64,000 bases of DNA from an uncultured bacterium (GCA_963826535.1 CAWGXL010000011.1:809-64808); one strand, 5' to 3'; counted from the first letter of the stretch, positions 50,344-59,441 are shown. The notes: generated by a model not told the origin, from the sequence alone. Numbers and translations are program-made.

Positions 50344-51332
50344 AAAAATTAACTGTCTCAGCCCCTGGGAAATTGATGCTTCTTGGAGAACATGCTGTGG
50401 TTTATAATCACCCATGTTTAGTTACAGCAGTTGATCAACGGATGAAGGTTATTGTTGAATTACTGGATACGCGGGAATTTCAATTAGAAGCAGGAGATGT
50501 AAATGTTGTTGGTTATAAAAAACCTTTATCAGAACTCGGCCGAGGAGACATGCCAAAGGGCGCCAAGTTTGTCGAAATCGCGGTAAAAAATATTTATGAA
50601 GAGTTTAGTCTGGAAAAAGGAATAAGAGTTACAACTATATCTGAGTTTTCATCCCAGTTTGGATTTGGGTCATCGTCGGCATCAACTGTTTGTATATTAA
50701 AGGCTCTGTCGGAATTGTTTGAATTGAAACTTAGTCAAAAAGAAATTTTTGATTTTTCATTTAAAACAGTATTGGATATTCAGGGCAAAGGATCGGGATT
50801 TGACGTAGCTTCCGCAGTTTACGGTGGAACACTTTATTTTGTAACCGGTGGCAAAATCATTGAACCACTATCAATTGACAATTTGCCATTGACCATCGGC
50901 TATAGCGGCGTAAAAGCAGATACTGTTACACTTATAAATAATGTTAAAAAGTCTTTTACAAATAAGCAAGACCGGCTTACCGAGATTTATAACGGCATCG
51001 AACTTTTGGTAAATGCGGCGAAAGATAGTTTACTCTCCACCGTCATTCCCGCGAACGCGGGAATCCAGTGGAAAAAATTTGGGGAATTAATGAATAAAAA
51101 CCAAGAGTATTTACGCGAACTCGGGGTAAGTATTGAGAAATTAGATAATATGATTCAGGCAGCACTGGATGCGGGAGCCTACGGAGCAAAATTATCCGGC
51201 GCCGGCGGAGGAGACTGTATGATCGCTATAGCGCCGGAAGAAAAAAGAAAGATGGTTGAGACGGCAATTGCTAAAGTCGGGGGGGAAATTATTCATGTAA
51301 GTGCAAATGCTGAAGGAGTTAGAACTGAATGA
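50340..51332 (+). CDS. Second GHMP kinase (probable phosphomevalonate kinase). Apparently initiates at a non-canonical ATA. Carries an in-frame copy of the REP-like repeat.
   Basis: Open frame reads IKKLTVSAPGKLMLLGEHAVV before the first TTG/ATG (50373/50376). GFGSSSAS GHMP motif. The 25-mer GTCATTCCCGCGAACGCGGGAATCC at 51042-51066 encodes VIPANAGIQ. Confidence 0.65.
   Translation: MKKLTVSAPGKLMLLGEHAVVYNHPCLVTAVDQRMKVIVELLDTREFQLEAGDVNVVGYKKPLSELGRGDMPKGAKFVEIAVKNIYEEFSLEKGIRVTTISEFSSQFGFGSSSASTVCILKALSELFELKLSQKEIFDFSFKTVLDIQGKGSGFDVASAVYGGTLYFVTGGKIIEPLSIDNLPLTIGYSGVKADTVTLINNVKKSFTNKQDRLTEIYNGIELLVNAAKDSLLSTVIPANAGIQWKKFGELMNKNQEYLRELGVSIEKLDNMIQAALDAGAYGAKLSGAGGGDCMIAIAPEEKRKMVETAIAKVGGEIIHVSANAEGVRTE
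51042..51066. repeat. REP/MITE-like palindromic repeat, copy 3 (inverted), lying inside the GHMP kinase coding sequence.
   Basis: Exact reverse complement of the 25-mer at 27072-27096 and 32126-32150. Confidence 0.8.
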
Positions 51333-51343
51333 GATTTTAATAT

Positions 51344-51772
51344 ATGAAGAAATATAATACGCCCTTTTTTACATTGTATGAGAATACGTTTCTTGTTTTA
51401 ATAGAAGATCTTGGAAAAGAAAAAGCATTGAAATTATTAAATAAGATATTCGCATTAGGTTTAAAAAAAGCTTATGATGCAGCAGGATTTAAAAAAGGAG
51501 ATCCTAATAATTTTGTAAAAGTAGTTAGCACGCGAGATAAAAATGTCGGCTTAAAAGTTAAATTTCCACAAGTAACAGATGATAAGATTATTTATCAGTT
51601 TCACACAGATCCATTTCCTAGTTTAAAAGGGAAAGTTAATCCTAGCGATTTAGATGCAAGTTATATGAATTTTAAAGTTAACTATTTATTAGGAAATAAG
51701 TGGGCATATAAAACGACAAAACATATATGGAAAGGCGATAAATATACAGAGCATGTGATCGCCAAAAAATAA
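51344..51772 (+). CDS. Hypothetical protein inserted in the mevalonate operon.
   Basis: 142 aa. No recognisable motif. Confidence 0.3.
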   Translation: MKKYNTPFFTLYENTFLVLIEDLGKEKALKLLNKIFALGLKKAYDAAGFKKGDPNNFVKVVSTRDKNVGLKVKFPQVTDDKIIYQFHTDPFPSLKGKVNPSDLDASYMNFKVNYLLGNKWAYKTTKHIWKGDKYTEHVIAKK

Positions 51773-51816
51773 AAATAATTGCATAATCTTAAATTCTTTG
51801 TTATCATGTTTTTGTT

Positions 51817-52080
51817 ATGAGCAAAAAGCTTTCTCAGAAAATTTTGGAATATACTGCTATTTTTGAACCCGCAGAGGAAGGCGGTTATGTAGTAAGCGTC
51901 CCGGCTCTTCCGGGTTGCATAACTCAAGGCGAAACTTTTGAAGAAGCTGTGGCTATGATTAAAGACGCTATGCAGGGATATTTAGCAGTTTTAAAAGAAG
52001 AAGGGGAAGAAATCCCGCAAGAAAAATCAGACGTTGTTATCACCAAAGTGTCTGTCGCTAATCCTGCAGCGAATTTATAA
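51817..52080 (+). CDS. hicB: HicB-family (UPF0150) antitoxin, second copy.
   Basis: YTAIFEPAEEGGYVVSVPALPGCITQGETFEEAVAMIKDAMQ is a textbook HicB/UPF0150 sequence. Confidence 0.75.
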   Translation: MSKKLSQKILEYTAIFEPAEEGGYVVSVPALPGCITQGETFEEAVAMIKDAMQGYLAVLKEEGEEIPQEKSDVVITKVSVANPAANL

Positions 52081-52295
52081 TGGCATCCTTTAAAGCACGA
52101 GAAATCGTTAAAATTCTTCAAAAATTAGGATATATTAAAAAGCGTCAAACGGGTAGCCACATTATCATGTATAACCAACAACAAAAACAAACAATTCCGG
52201 TTCCAATGCATGCCAAAGAACTTAAAAAGGGCTTGTTAAAGGCAATAATAAAAAAAGCGGACTCAAGCGAAGAGGAGTTTATTAGACTGAAATAA
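52080..52295 (+). CDS. hicA: HicA-family toxin, second copy.
   Basis: 71 aa. REIVKILQKLGYIKKRQTGSHIIM. Start overlaps the hicB stop. Confidence 0.7.
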   Translation: MASFKAREIVKILQKLGYIKKRQTGSHIIMYNQQQKQTIPVPMHAKELKKGLLKAIIKKADSSEEEFIRLK

Positions 52296-52298
52296 ATC

Positions 52299-53279
52299 AT
52301 GATGAAAGCAACTGCAATTGCACCATCAAATATTGCATTTATAAAATATTGGGGTGTTAAAGATGAAGAGCTTCGCCTTCCGAAAAATGGCAGTATTTCC
52401 ATGAATCTTAGTAATCTCCTGACAACAACCACCGTTGAATTTAGTTCGAATTATAAAACAGACAGTATTCAGATCAACGATACACATGAAGCAAACGAAG
52501 AAACTCGTGTAATGCAATACCTTGATCGCATTAGAAATCTCGCAAAGATACAGCACAAAGCAAAAGTTGTAACAAAGAATAATTTTCCAACAGCAACCGG
52601 TCTTTCATCTTCGGCATCAGGATTTGCAGCGCTTTCCGTTGCAGGAGCAAAAGCCGCAGCACTAAATCTTTCCGAAAAAGAACAATCAATTCTCGCACGT
52701 CTTGGATCAGGATCTGCGTGTAGATCAATTCCTGATGGGTTTACTGAATGGTTGGATGGGGATACGAGTGATACATCATACGCAGTTTCATTACATCCTC
52801 CGGAATATTGGAAAATCGTAGATGTTGTAGCAGTTGTCAGTATAAATAAAAAAGAAGTAAGCTCAACAGAAGGACACAGACTAGCAACAACAAGTCCATT
52901 TTTTGACAAAAGACTAGAGCTGAACAAAGAAAAAATACGGCGAATGAAACAATATATAAAAGATAGAAACTTTACTGCATTTGGAGAACTAACAGAGGCA
53001 GAAGCACTTGAGCTTCATGCAATTTATATCACGTCTCAACCCTCATTAATTTATTTACTTCCCGGTACCCTGCGCATCATGCATGAAGTAAAGCGCTGGA
53101 GAAATGAAGGACTTGAAGTATACTTTACGCTAAATACCGGACAGGATATTCATATTATTTGCCAGAATAAAGACAGCGGGAAAGTCCAACAGCTACTTTC
53201 TCAGATTCCAGAAGTAAAACAAATTATCCCAAACTATCCAGCAATTGGTGTTCGATTAACTGACAAGCACCTTTTTTAA
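52299..53279 (+). CDS. mvd: Diphosphomevalonate decarboxylase (MVD family).
   Basis: APSNIAFIKYWG...PTATGLSSSASGFAAL MVD motifs. 326 aa. Confidence 0.85.
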   Translation: MMKATAIAPSNIAFIKYWGVKDEELRLPKNGSISMNLSNLLTTTTVEFSSNYKTDSIQINDTHEANEETRVMQYLDRIRNLAKIQHKAKVVTKNNFPTATGLSSSASGFAALSVAGAKAAALNLSEKEQSILARLGSGSACRSIPDGFTEWLDGDTSDTSYAVSLHPPEYWKIVDVVAVVSINKKEVSSTEGHRLATTSPFFDKRLELNKEKIRRMKQYIKDRNFTAFGELTEAEALELHAIYITSQPSLIYLLPGTLRIMHEVKRWRNEGLEVYFTLNTGQDIHIICQNKDSGKVQQLLSQIPEVKQIIPNYPAIGVRLTDKHLF

Positions 53280-54415
53280 TGCAAATCAAAGCCGCTACAA
53301 ATTTACCCGCAATTATAAAAAAACTTGAAGAATTAGTTTTGGCATCAACGGGCGCAGAACCATTTGAAGAAATTTTGAAACTTATTTATGCAAAATTGTA
53401 TGCTGAGAAAATTGCAAAAAAGACACTTCCGGTTCAAATTCTTTTTGAAGGGGCCAAAAAAGAATGGCCCGGAATGTTTGACAAAAAAGACACTATTGAA
53501 ATCTCACCTAGTAATCTTACATTGTGTACAGAGCTTCTATCGAAAGTTACATTGTATAAATCTGATTTAGCAATTATTGACACAGCATTTGAATATTTAT
53601 TACCCAAAGCTGCCAAAGGAAGCCGGGGGCAATATTTTACTCCGCGTCATATTGTTGTTGAAGTTGTTAAAATTTTAAATCCTAAAAAGAATGACTATAT
53701 TCTGGATCCGGCTTGCGGATCGGGAGGATTTTTACTTCATGCTGCTAAATATGTTAATAATGCAAAAAGGGTTTATGGTATTGATTTTGATAAGCGCATG
53801 GTAAAAATTGCTCAAGCAATGATGCTTATCGCAGGATTTGGACAAGCGAATATTTATAAAGCGGATTCACTCTCCTCTACTGTTGTATTGGGTAAACAAT
53901 TATTTGAGGTTATCTGTACGAATCCCCCATTTGGCGGAGAAATTAAAGATGGAGAAGTTTTGCAGAGGTATGAACTTGCAAAAGACAATCGCGGGAAATT
54001 GCGTAGCATAGTTCAACGGCATGTTCTCTTTATAGAAAAGATTATAAATTTACTCAATCCCGGGGGACGGGCGGCAATTGTTGTGCCCCAAGGGATATTA
54101 AATAATACTAACTTTGCTTACATACGAGAATGGATATTTAAGAAAGCGAGAATATTAGGAGTGATTGGTTTAGATGCATTCACATTTAAGCCGCATACAA
54201 ATGTAAAAACAAGTTTATTATTTCTGCAGAAATGGTCCGGTAAAGAACTTTCAGATTACAAAATATTTATGGCAGTATCTAAGAAAGGCGGCAAGAATCT
54301 CTCAGGAGGATATGTTTATAAAACCCAAAACGGAAGGCAGATAATAGACCATGATTTACCGGAAATTGCAGAGAAGTTTATAAAATTCATAAAAAATGAG
54401 AAGCTTAATTTCTAA
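53279..54415 (+). CDS. hsdM: Type I restriction-modification N6-adenine DNA methyltransferase subunit (HsdM-like, short form).
   Basis: GQYFTPRHIV, LDPACGSGGFLL (motif I) and NPPFGG (motif IV). Start overlaps the mvd stop (TAATG). Confidence 0.8.
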   Translation: MQIKAATNLPAIIKKLEELVLASTGAEPFEEILKLIYAKLYAEKIAKKTLPVQILFEGAKKEWPGMFDKKDTIEISPSNLTLCTELLSKVTLYKSDLAIIDTAFEYLLPKAAKGSRGQYFTPRHIVVEVVKILNPKKNDYILDPACGSGGFLLHAAKYVNNAKRVYGIDFDKRMVKIAQAMMLIAGFGQANIYKADSLSSTVVLGKQLFEVICTNPPFGGEIKDGEVLQRYELAKDNRGKLRSIVQRHVLFIEKIINLLNPGGRAAIVVPQGILNNTNFAYIREWIFKKARILGVIGLDAFTFKPHTNVKTSLLFLQKWSGKELSDYKIFMAVSKKGGKNLSGGYVYKTQNGRQIIDHDLPEIAEKFIKFIKNEKLNF

Positions 54416-54417
54416 GT

Positions 54418-55758
54418 ATGCTTGATTCATTTGTTAACCATTCCGATATCATAGCCGCAAACCGACTGGATGCGGAGTATTTCCAACCAAAGTTTCTAGA
54501 TTTACGGGAAAAATTAAAGAGCGGGAAGTATAGAAAACTGCACGAGTTATGCGAATTTATCCGGACAGGACCTGCGGGCTCAGTTCTGCCAGCGTCTAAA
54601 TATACATCATCCGGTATAAAAGTTTATAGACCGTCAAATTTAAACGGCTGGACTTGCGATAACTCTAATATTGTTTATGTATCTGAAGAGTATTGTAGTA
54701 AACAAAATTTAAAACTGTATAGCAACGGTGATATTTTAGTGACAAGAATTGGAGATATAAAATTTGCAATTATTCAGGAAACTAAACTCTTTGCAATTAG
54801 CCCAAATTTATTTGTAATTAGAACAAAGAAAGATTTACTTGATCCGTATTTTCTATTAGTATTTCTCAATACATGGTTTGGAGCTGATCAAATTCTACGC
54901 GGACAAAAAATTGTTTCTTTAGCGTCTGTGGATATTGGACAGGTTGCTAATATGCTAGTGCCGTTAATACCTGTTGATGCGCAAATAAAAATAGGCAAAT
55001 TAGTAAAAAATGGGTTAAAAAAATTGCGGCAAGCAAAGGAGATACATTCTCAAACAGAAAGTGCTCTTGTGCAAATTATTGGTCACCAAAAAAGTAGCAA
55101 GGATCAATCGTCAAACATAATAAACTTTTCCGAATTACTAAAAGTACGCCGGGCAGATGCTGAATATTTCTTGGCGCAAAAATTCATAGGTCAAGAGTCA
55201 ATAAAATGGATGCAAATTGGTGAAATTTCACGTGTTATGCGTGGAATTGAGCCCGGAAGAAAAGCTTACCAAAAAAACGGAAAATTATTTATGAGGGTCA
55301 GCAATATAGATAAATACGGATTATTGGAAAAAAGCCAAAAATATATTAGTGAAGTTTTATATAAAAAACTTTACAAAAAATATCAACCACAAATTAGTGA
55401 GATACTGCTCGTAAAAGATGGAAAACCTGGTGTTGCTTTTGTTGTTAAAAAATCTATAAAGGGAATAATCTCAGATGGAATTGTGCGGCTACAGCTTAAT
55501 ACTCTATTTGCCCCAGAATATGTGAGTCTTTGTATAAATTCTCCTATTTGTCAGCAACAGATCCTAGCTGATATAGATGGATCACTTGTGCCGCATTGGA
55601 AGGTTGAGCAAATAAAGAATTTAAAAATTCCAATTGTTTCTGCAAATATCCAAGCAGGGCTTGTTAGAGTCATGAAAAAATCCGGTATACTTTTTCAAAA
55701 AGCGGAGGAAAATTTATTACTTGCAAAATACCAAATAATTCTCTTTATGCCAAAATAA
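54418..55758 (+). CDS. hsdS: Type I restriction-modification specificity subunit HsdS with two target-recognition domains.
   Basis: Duplicated NRLDAEYF / RRADAEYF N-terminal-of-TRD motifs. Conserved PLIPVDAQIKIGKLV and IPIVSANIQAGLV spacer regions. Confidence 0.8.
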   Translation: MLDSFVNHSDIIAANRLDAEYFQPKFLDLREKLKSGKYRKLHELCEFIRTGPAGSVLPASKYTSSGIKVYRPSNLNGWTCDNSNIVYVSEEYCSKQNLKLYSNGDILVTRIGDIKFAIIQETKLFAISPNLFVIRTKKDLLDPYFLLVFLNTWFGADQILRGQKIVSLASVDIGQVANMLVPLIPVDAQIKIGKLVKNGLKKLRQAKEIHSQTESALVQIIGHQKSSKDQSSNIINFSELLKVRRADAEYFLAQKFIGQESIKWMQIGEISRVMRGIEPGRKAYQKNGKLFMRVSNIDKYGLLEKSQKYISEVLYKKLYKKYQPQISEILLVKDGKPGVAFVVKKSIKGIISDGIVRLQLNTLFAPEYVSLCINSPICQQQILADIDGSLVPHWKVEQIKNLKIPIVSANIQAGLVRVMKKSGILFQKAEENLLLAKYQIILFMPK

Positions 55759-55761
55759 TTT

Positions 55762-55787
55762 GTCATTCCCCTGGACAGGGGGAATCC
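55762..55787. repeat. Variant REP-like hairpin (GTCATTCCCCTGGACAGGGGGAATCC).
   Basis: Same GTCATTCCC/GGGAATCC arms with a different loop. Lies 45 nt upstream of copy 4. Confidence 0.6.
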
Positions 55788-55831
55788 AGAAGATATAATA
55801 ACTATTCCTTATTAAGGATTAATTAAGAAAT

Positions 55832-55872
55832 TTATTTTACCTCCTAGATTCCCGCGTTTGCGGGAATGACAA
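55832..55872. repeat. REP/MITE-like palindromic repeat, copy 4 (2 mismatches).
   Basis: TTTATTTTACCTCCTAGATTCCCGCGTTTGCGGGAATGACAA. Lies between the convergent hsdS and the 55919..56440 gene. Confidence 0.75.
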
Positions 55873-55918
55873 CAATCAGCGTAATATGAGTTATTAAATG
55901 ACTTAATTGAATCTAAGC

Positions 55919-56440
55919 TTAGAAGCCCAAATTCTTGAGGATATTTTTTAATTCATCGATTAATTTCTCAAGGGCATTGCGCTCTTCAGCTATTTTTTCT
56001 TTGATTTCCTTGATTTGTTTTTTCTTTTCTGCAGTTTTGCTTGCTTTATCATTTGAAGTATTCGTATCAACGTTTACAGTAGTATTAATATTGTTATTGT
56101 TTTTGTTTGGCTCATTTGTAGGACCGGAATTGTTATTGGAATTATTAATATTCACCTTTGTATTGCCGTCTTCTGACTGCACATTCAAATTACCGTTCTC
56201 GCTTGTAGTGCATTTTCCATTTACACAGACTGTGCTTTTTCCATTGTTGGAATTAGTTGTTGTGCATGTTCCATTTTGGCAAATCGTGTTATTACCGGTA
56301 TTGGTTTCAACATTTACATTGGTCTTGGAGTTGCCCTCATTATTTGAGACATCAATAGTCGTATTAGCAGTTGCAACTTGCGGTATTAAAGTTACTGTAA
56401 TTAAACAAATTATCATGCATATAGAAGTGCGATATTTCAT
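55919..56440 (-). CDS. Secreted Asn/Thr-rich repetitive protein with a C-terminal coiled coil.
   Basis: Signal peptide. NxT/NGxC repeats. KKKQIKEIKEKIAEERNALEKLIDELKNILKNL coiled coil. Confidence 0.4.
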   Translation of the reverse strand: MKYRTSICMIICLITVTLIPQVATANTTIDVSNNEGNSKTNVNVETNTGNNTICQNGTCTTTNSNNGKSTVCVNGKCTTSENGNLNVQSEDGNTKVNINNSNNNSGPTNEPNKNNNNINTTVNVDTNTSNDKASKTAEKKKQIKEIKEKIAEERNALEKLIDELKNILKNLGF

Positions 56441-56503
56441 AGAAGATAAAGAGTCCTAATAATATAACACAAAATAAAAATATTGCAACTTGATAAGTAG
56501 ATT

Positions 56504-57523
56504 TTAAAGCTCACCTTTGCTTGCCTGGTAGATTTTTTCAGCACGGGATAAGAATGCTTTTTGCGCGGTATCAATATTTTTTGAATCTCCTTTCCATATT
56601 TCAAGCGCTTCGTCTTGTAGAGCGCGTCCATATGAGGCAGTTAATCTAGAAAATTTATTTTGCTCCTGATTATTTCTTTTATTAATCTCATTTAAATGTT
56701 GCGTAGCAAGTTCGGCGCTTTGTCCGCCAGACAGAAATGCGATAACGGGAATATCAGGTATTACCGCACTTTTAAGTATCTCGATCGTTGATTGAGCGAC
56801 CGTCTGTACATCTGCCTGAATATCAGCATTACTACCTGAAGTTATCATGTTTGGTTTTAGAATTATTCCAGATAGTAATACGTGATAGTCGGCAAGTCTG
56901 CTAAAGACAACAAATAATACTGACTTCGTAACCCTAATGCAGTCTTCCAAAGTGTGTGTGCCTTCCATCAAAACTTCGGGTTCAACAATTGGTACCAGAT
57001 CGTTTTCCTGGCAAAGGGCTGCATAAAGGGCAAGATCTGAGGCATTTCTTTCAATAGCTGTTGTGCTTGGATGTGTTCCGTTATCATTTGAAATAGTATA
57101 TACAGCCCTCCACTTTGCAAATCTTGCTCCCAACTTTCTGTATTCTGCAAGCCGGTTACCCAAATCATCGAAACCTTGTGTAAACGTGTCCGGTTCAAGT
57201 CCTGGCAGTAATACTGTTCCCCTATCAACTTTTATTCCGGGTAAAATACCTAGATTCTCAAGAAATTGCGGAAAAGGCGTACCGTCGTCTGCTGACTGTC
57301 TGAATGTTTCATCGTATAAGATAACACCGCTTATAAATTGTTCAATTCCGGGAGTAGTAAACAAAAGTTGACGATAAATGCAATTCATTTCCGGTGTTGA
57401 CTCGAGTCCAATTTTTGCAAATTTTTTTTTGATACTACCAGTGCTCTCGTCTGCGGCCAGGATAGTCTTTGAAACTACATTTCTTGCAGTTGTAGTAAGC
57501 TGTTGTGCGTTCATGAGGTTCAT
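56504..57523 (-). CDS. fba: Class I fructose-bisphosphate aldolase.
   Basis: ILAADESTGS, GILPGIKVDRG, IVEPEVL and FLSGGQS motifs. Start moved to MNLMNAQQ. Confidence 0.85.
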   Translation of the reverse strand: MNLMNAQQLTTTARNVVSKTILAADESTGSIKKKFAKIGLESTPEMNCIYRQLLFTTPGIEQFISGVILYDETFRQSADDGTPFPQFLENLGILPGIKVDRGTVLLPGLEPDTFTQGFDDLGNRLAEYRKLGARFAKWRAVYTISNDNGTHPSTTAIERNASDLALYAALCQENDLVPIVEPEVLMEGTHTLEDCIRVTKSVLFVVFSRLADYHVLLSGIILKPNMITSGSNADIQADVQTVAQSTIEILKSAVIPDIPVIAFLSGGQSAELATQHLNEINKRNNQEQNKFSRLTASYGRALQDEALEIWKGDSKNIDTAQKAFLSRAEKIYQASKGEL

Positions 57524-57591
57524 TAGATGATAGCAGTTAAAATAGTAAAAATGCAAGAAGAAGCTTGTAGAAATGTAGTATAATATCAAAT

Positions 57592-58152
57592 GTGAAAAAA
57601 ACTATCAACCAAGATGCAACAGGACTTGAAGAGCAAGCTATGCTTATTGCAAGTGAAATATTCAATCTTATTAATCAATATACGCATGACAGCAATATTT
57701 CAAAGTTCTTTTTGACTGACGCTGTTGCCCGCGCGTGTTATGGATTGGCAGGAGGTTTTGCCTCAGTTATCTATAACCCTCCACTATTGCCAAAAGAAAT
57801 CAAAAATACGACTATTCTGTCGTTTGTATATGCTTTGATGACCTATGGTTTCAACATTTATTTAAAAGAACGTTCGTTGTCAACTAATGCAGCACCATAC
57901 ACTCTGCCGCGTGATCCAACTGAGATTCGCAAAATTCAGAAAAAAACACTTTCATATACCTCGCATGGCAAACTAGTATCAACGCCGCTGGCGGATAAAA
58001 TTATCAAAATTTTAACAACTAATATTAAAAACCAAATTAAAATGAACGAATTATCTTTGAAAGGTCACAGATTGAATAAGAAAAAATTTTTTGATTATAG
58101 TAAGCTTTCGATGTATTGGGGTTATAACTTTGCCAGAGAATTATTAAACTGA
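57592..58152 (+). CDS. Hypothetical protein.
   Basis: 186 aa. No recognisable motif. Confidence 0.3.
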   Translation: MKKTINQDATGLEEQAMLIASEIFNLINQYTHDSNISKFFLTDAVARACYGLAGGFASVIYNPPLLPKEIKNTTILSFVYALMTYGFNIYLKERSLSTNAAPYTLPRDPTEIRKIQKKTLSYTSHGKLVSTPLADKIIKILTTNIKNQIKMNELSLKGHRLNKKKFFDYSKLSMYWGYNFARELLN

Positions 58153-58285
58153 AAATTTTAAAAGAAATTATTGAAAAATTAACCAGAGAGTAATTTTGTT
58201 TGGTATAATGGAAAATGTGAAGATATATCACACAATCAACAATAAGACTATAAGGATTAAGCTTTACCTACTCTAAAATAATCTT

Positions 58286-59197
58286 ATGGGAAGTGAAGAA
58301 CCACAAAAATTTAATCATGAAAAAAACTCACTTATTCCCGAAGCTCAATCGGATAAAGGAAAATTTCATATAGAACGAAACGGACGTGTTACTACCATTG
58401 AAGCTCCTACTGCTTCATATATGATTTTGTATGGAAATCATTTCACCCCAGAAAATCCTGATTCTATACCGGTTCATGCTAAAGCTGTATTTCTTGAAGC
58501 CATAGGTAATTGGACCCAAGAGTCAGATGCTTATGAATCCTATGAAGAGCACACTCAATACAGGCCAATGATGAAGACATTGAAAGAAAATGGAACTCCG
58601 ATTTATTTTGGCGATCCGGATATAAACATGGCGGCTGGAAATCTCGACCTAGGGGTTCTTATAGGGGAAACTGCATTGGGCATAGCCTTGCTGGCGAAAC
58701 TTAAAGAAAAAAATTCAGGAGAGAAGGGAATGAATCGAAGAGACTTTCTGAAAAAGTCTAGCTTGGCTATGGCGGGAGCTTATTTCTCCACGCCTCTTCT
58801 ATCAAGACTCGGTCGTGCAGTTAGTCATGAGACTGATTTAGGACATAGTGCGTCTGCTGAGATCGCTAAAAAAATTAATGAGGGGCATCCCGAATCTATG
58901 ATAATTTTAGAATCATTCAGGAATGCAGTCATTGCTTATAAGGAACAGCGGGTTGCAGAGGCTATGAATAATAAGCCACTTATTGCCACAGTAATGGGCG
59001 CAATGCATGTAGGTATAGAAGATGCGTTACAAAGCTCTCAAGCAGACAAGCTGGAGTACCTACGAAAATTTAAGCCGGTTCTGCATTCGCTGGTAAACAC
59101 ACCAGAAACCTTTTTTACAATACGAATAAATAATCCAAATAGCGAGCCGGAGACACTATTTATCAAGGAGTTGCAAGATCTCTGGAAAGATATTTAA
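58286..59197 (+). CDS. Hypothetical protein with an internal twin-arginine-like MNRRDFLKK motif.
   Basis: 303 aa. The motif plus a hydrophobic stretch lies at residue ~150. Possible internal start or mis-joined ORF. Confidence 0.35.
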   Translation: MGSEEPQKFNHEKNSLIPEAQSDKGKFHIERNGRVTTIEAPTASYMILYGNHFTPENPDSIPVHAKAVFLEAIGNWTQESDAYESYEEHTQYRPMMKTLKENGTPIYFGDPDINMAAGNLDLGVLIGETALGIALLAKLKEKNSGEKGMNRRDFLKKSSLAMAGAYFSTPLLSRLGRAVSHETDLGHSASAEIAKKINEGHPESMIILESFRNAVIAYKEQRVAEAMNNKPLIATVMGAMHVGIEDALQSSQADKLEYLRKFKPVLHSLVNTPETFFTIRINNPNSEPETLFIKELQDLWKDI

Positions 59198-59309
59198 TAA
59201 ACTCCTCTTTTGGTCTTTTAACACAATTAGGAATTTGCTGCCAAATAAAGGCTGGAGTAGTTTAATCTATCTTTTAAGGCTTAATTCCTAGTTGCTTGCA
59301 GCGAAAAGA

Positions 59310-59414
59310 GTTGTCATCCCGACCGGAGCGATAGCGAAGTGGAGGGATCTCATACCATTGAGATGATCTGTGGTGTGAGATCCCTCGACTCCCGTTGGTC
59401 GCTCGGAATGACAA
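59310..59414. repeat. Long imperfect inverted repeat (~42 nt arms) with GTTGTCATCCCGACC ... GGTCGCTCGGAATGACAA termini, lying between convergent genes.
   Basis: The arms share the TTGTCAT(C/T)CCGA and GAGGGATCTCA blocks. The ends resemble the GTCATTCCC/GGGAATGACAA repeat family. Confidence 0.6.
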
Positions 59415-59441
59415 TACCCCGTCAGCTTGCTGCAGGGTAGT

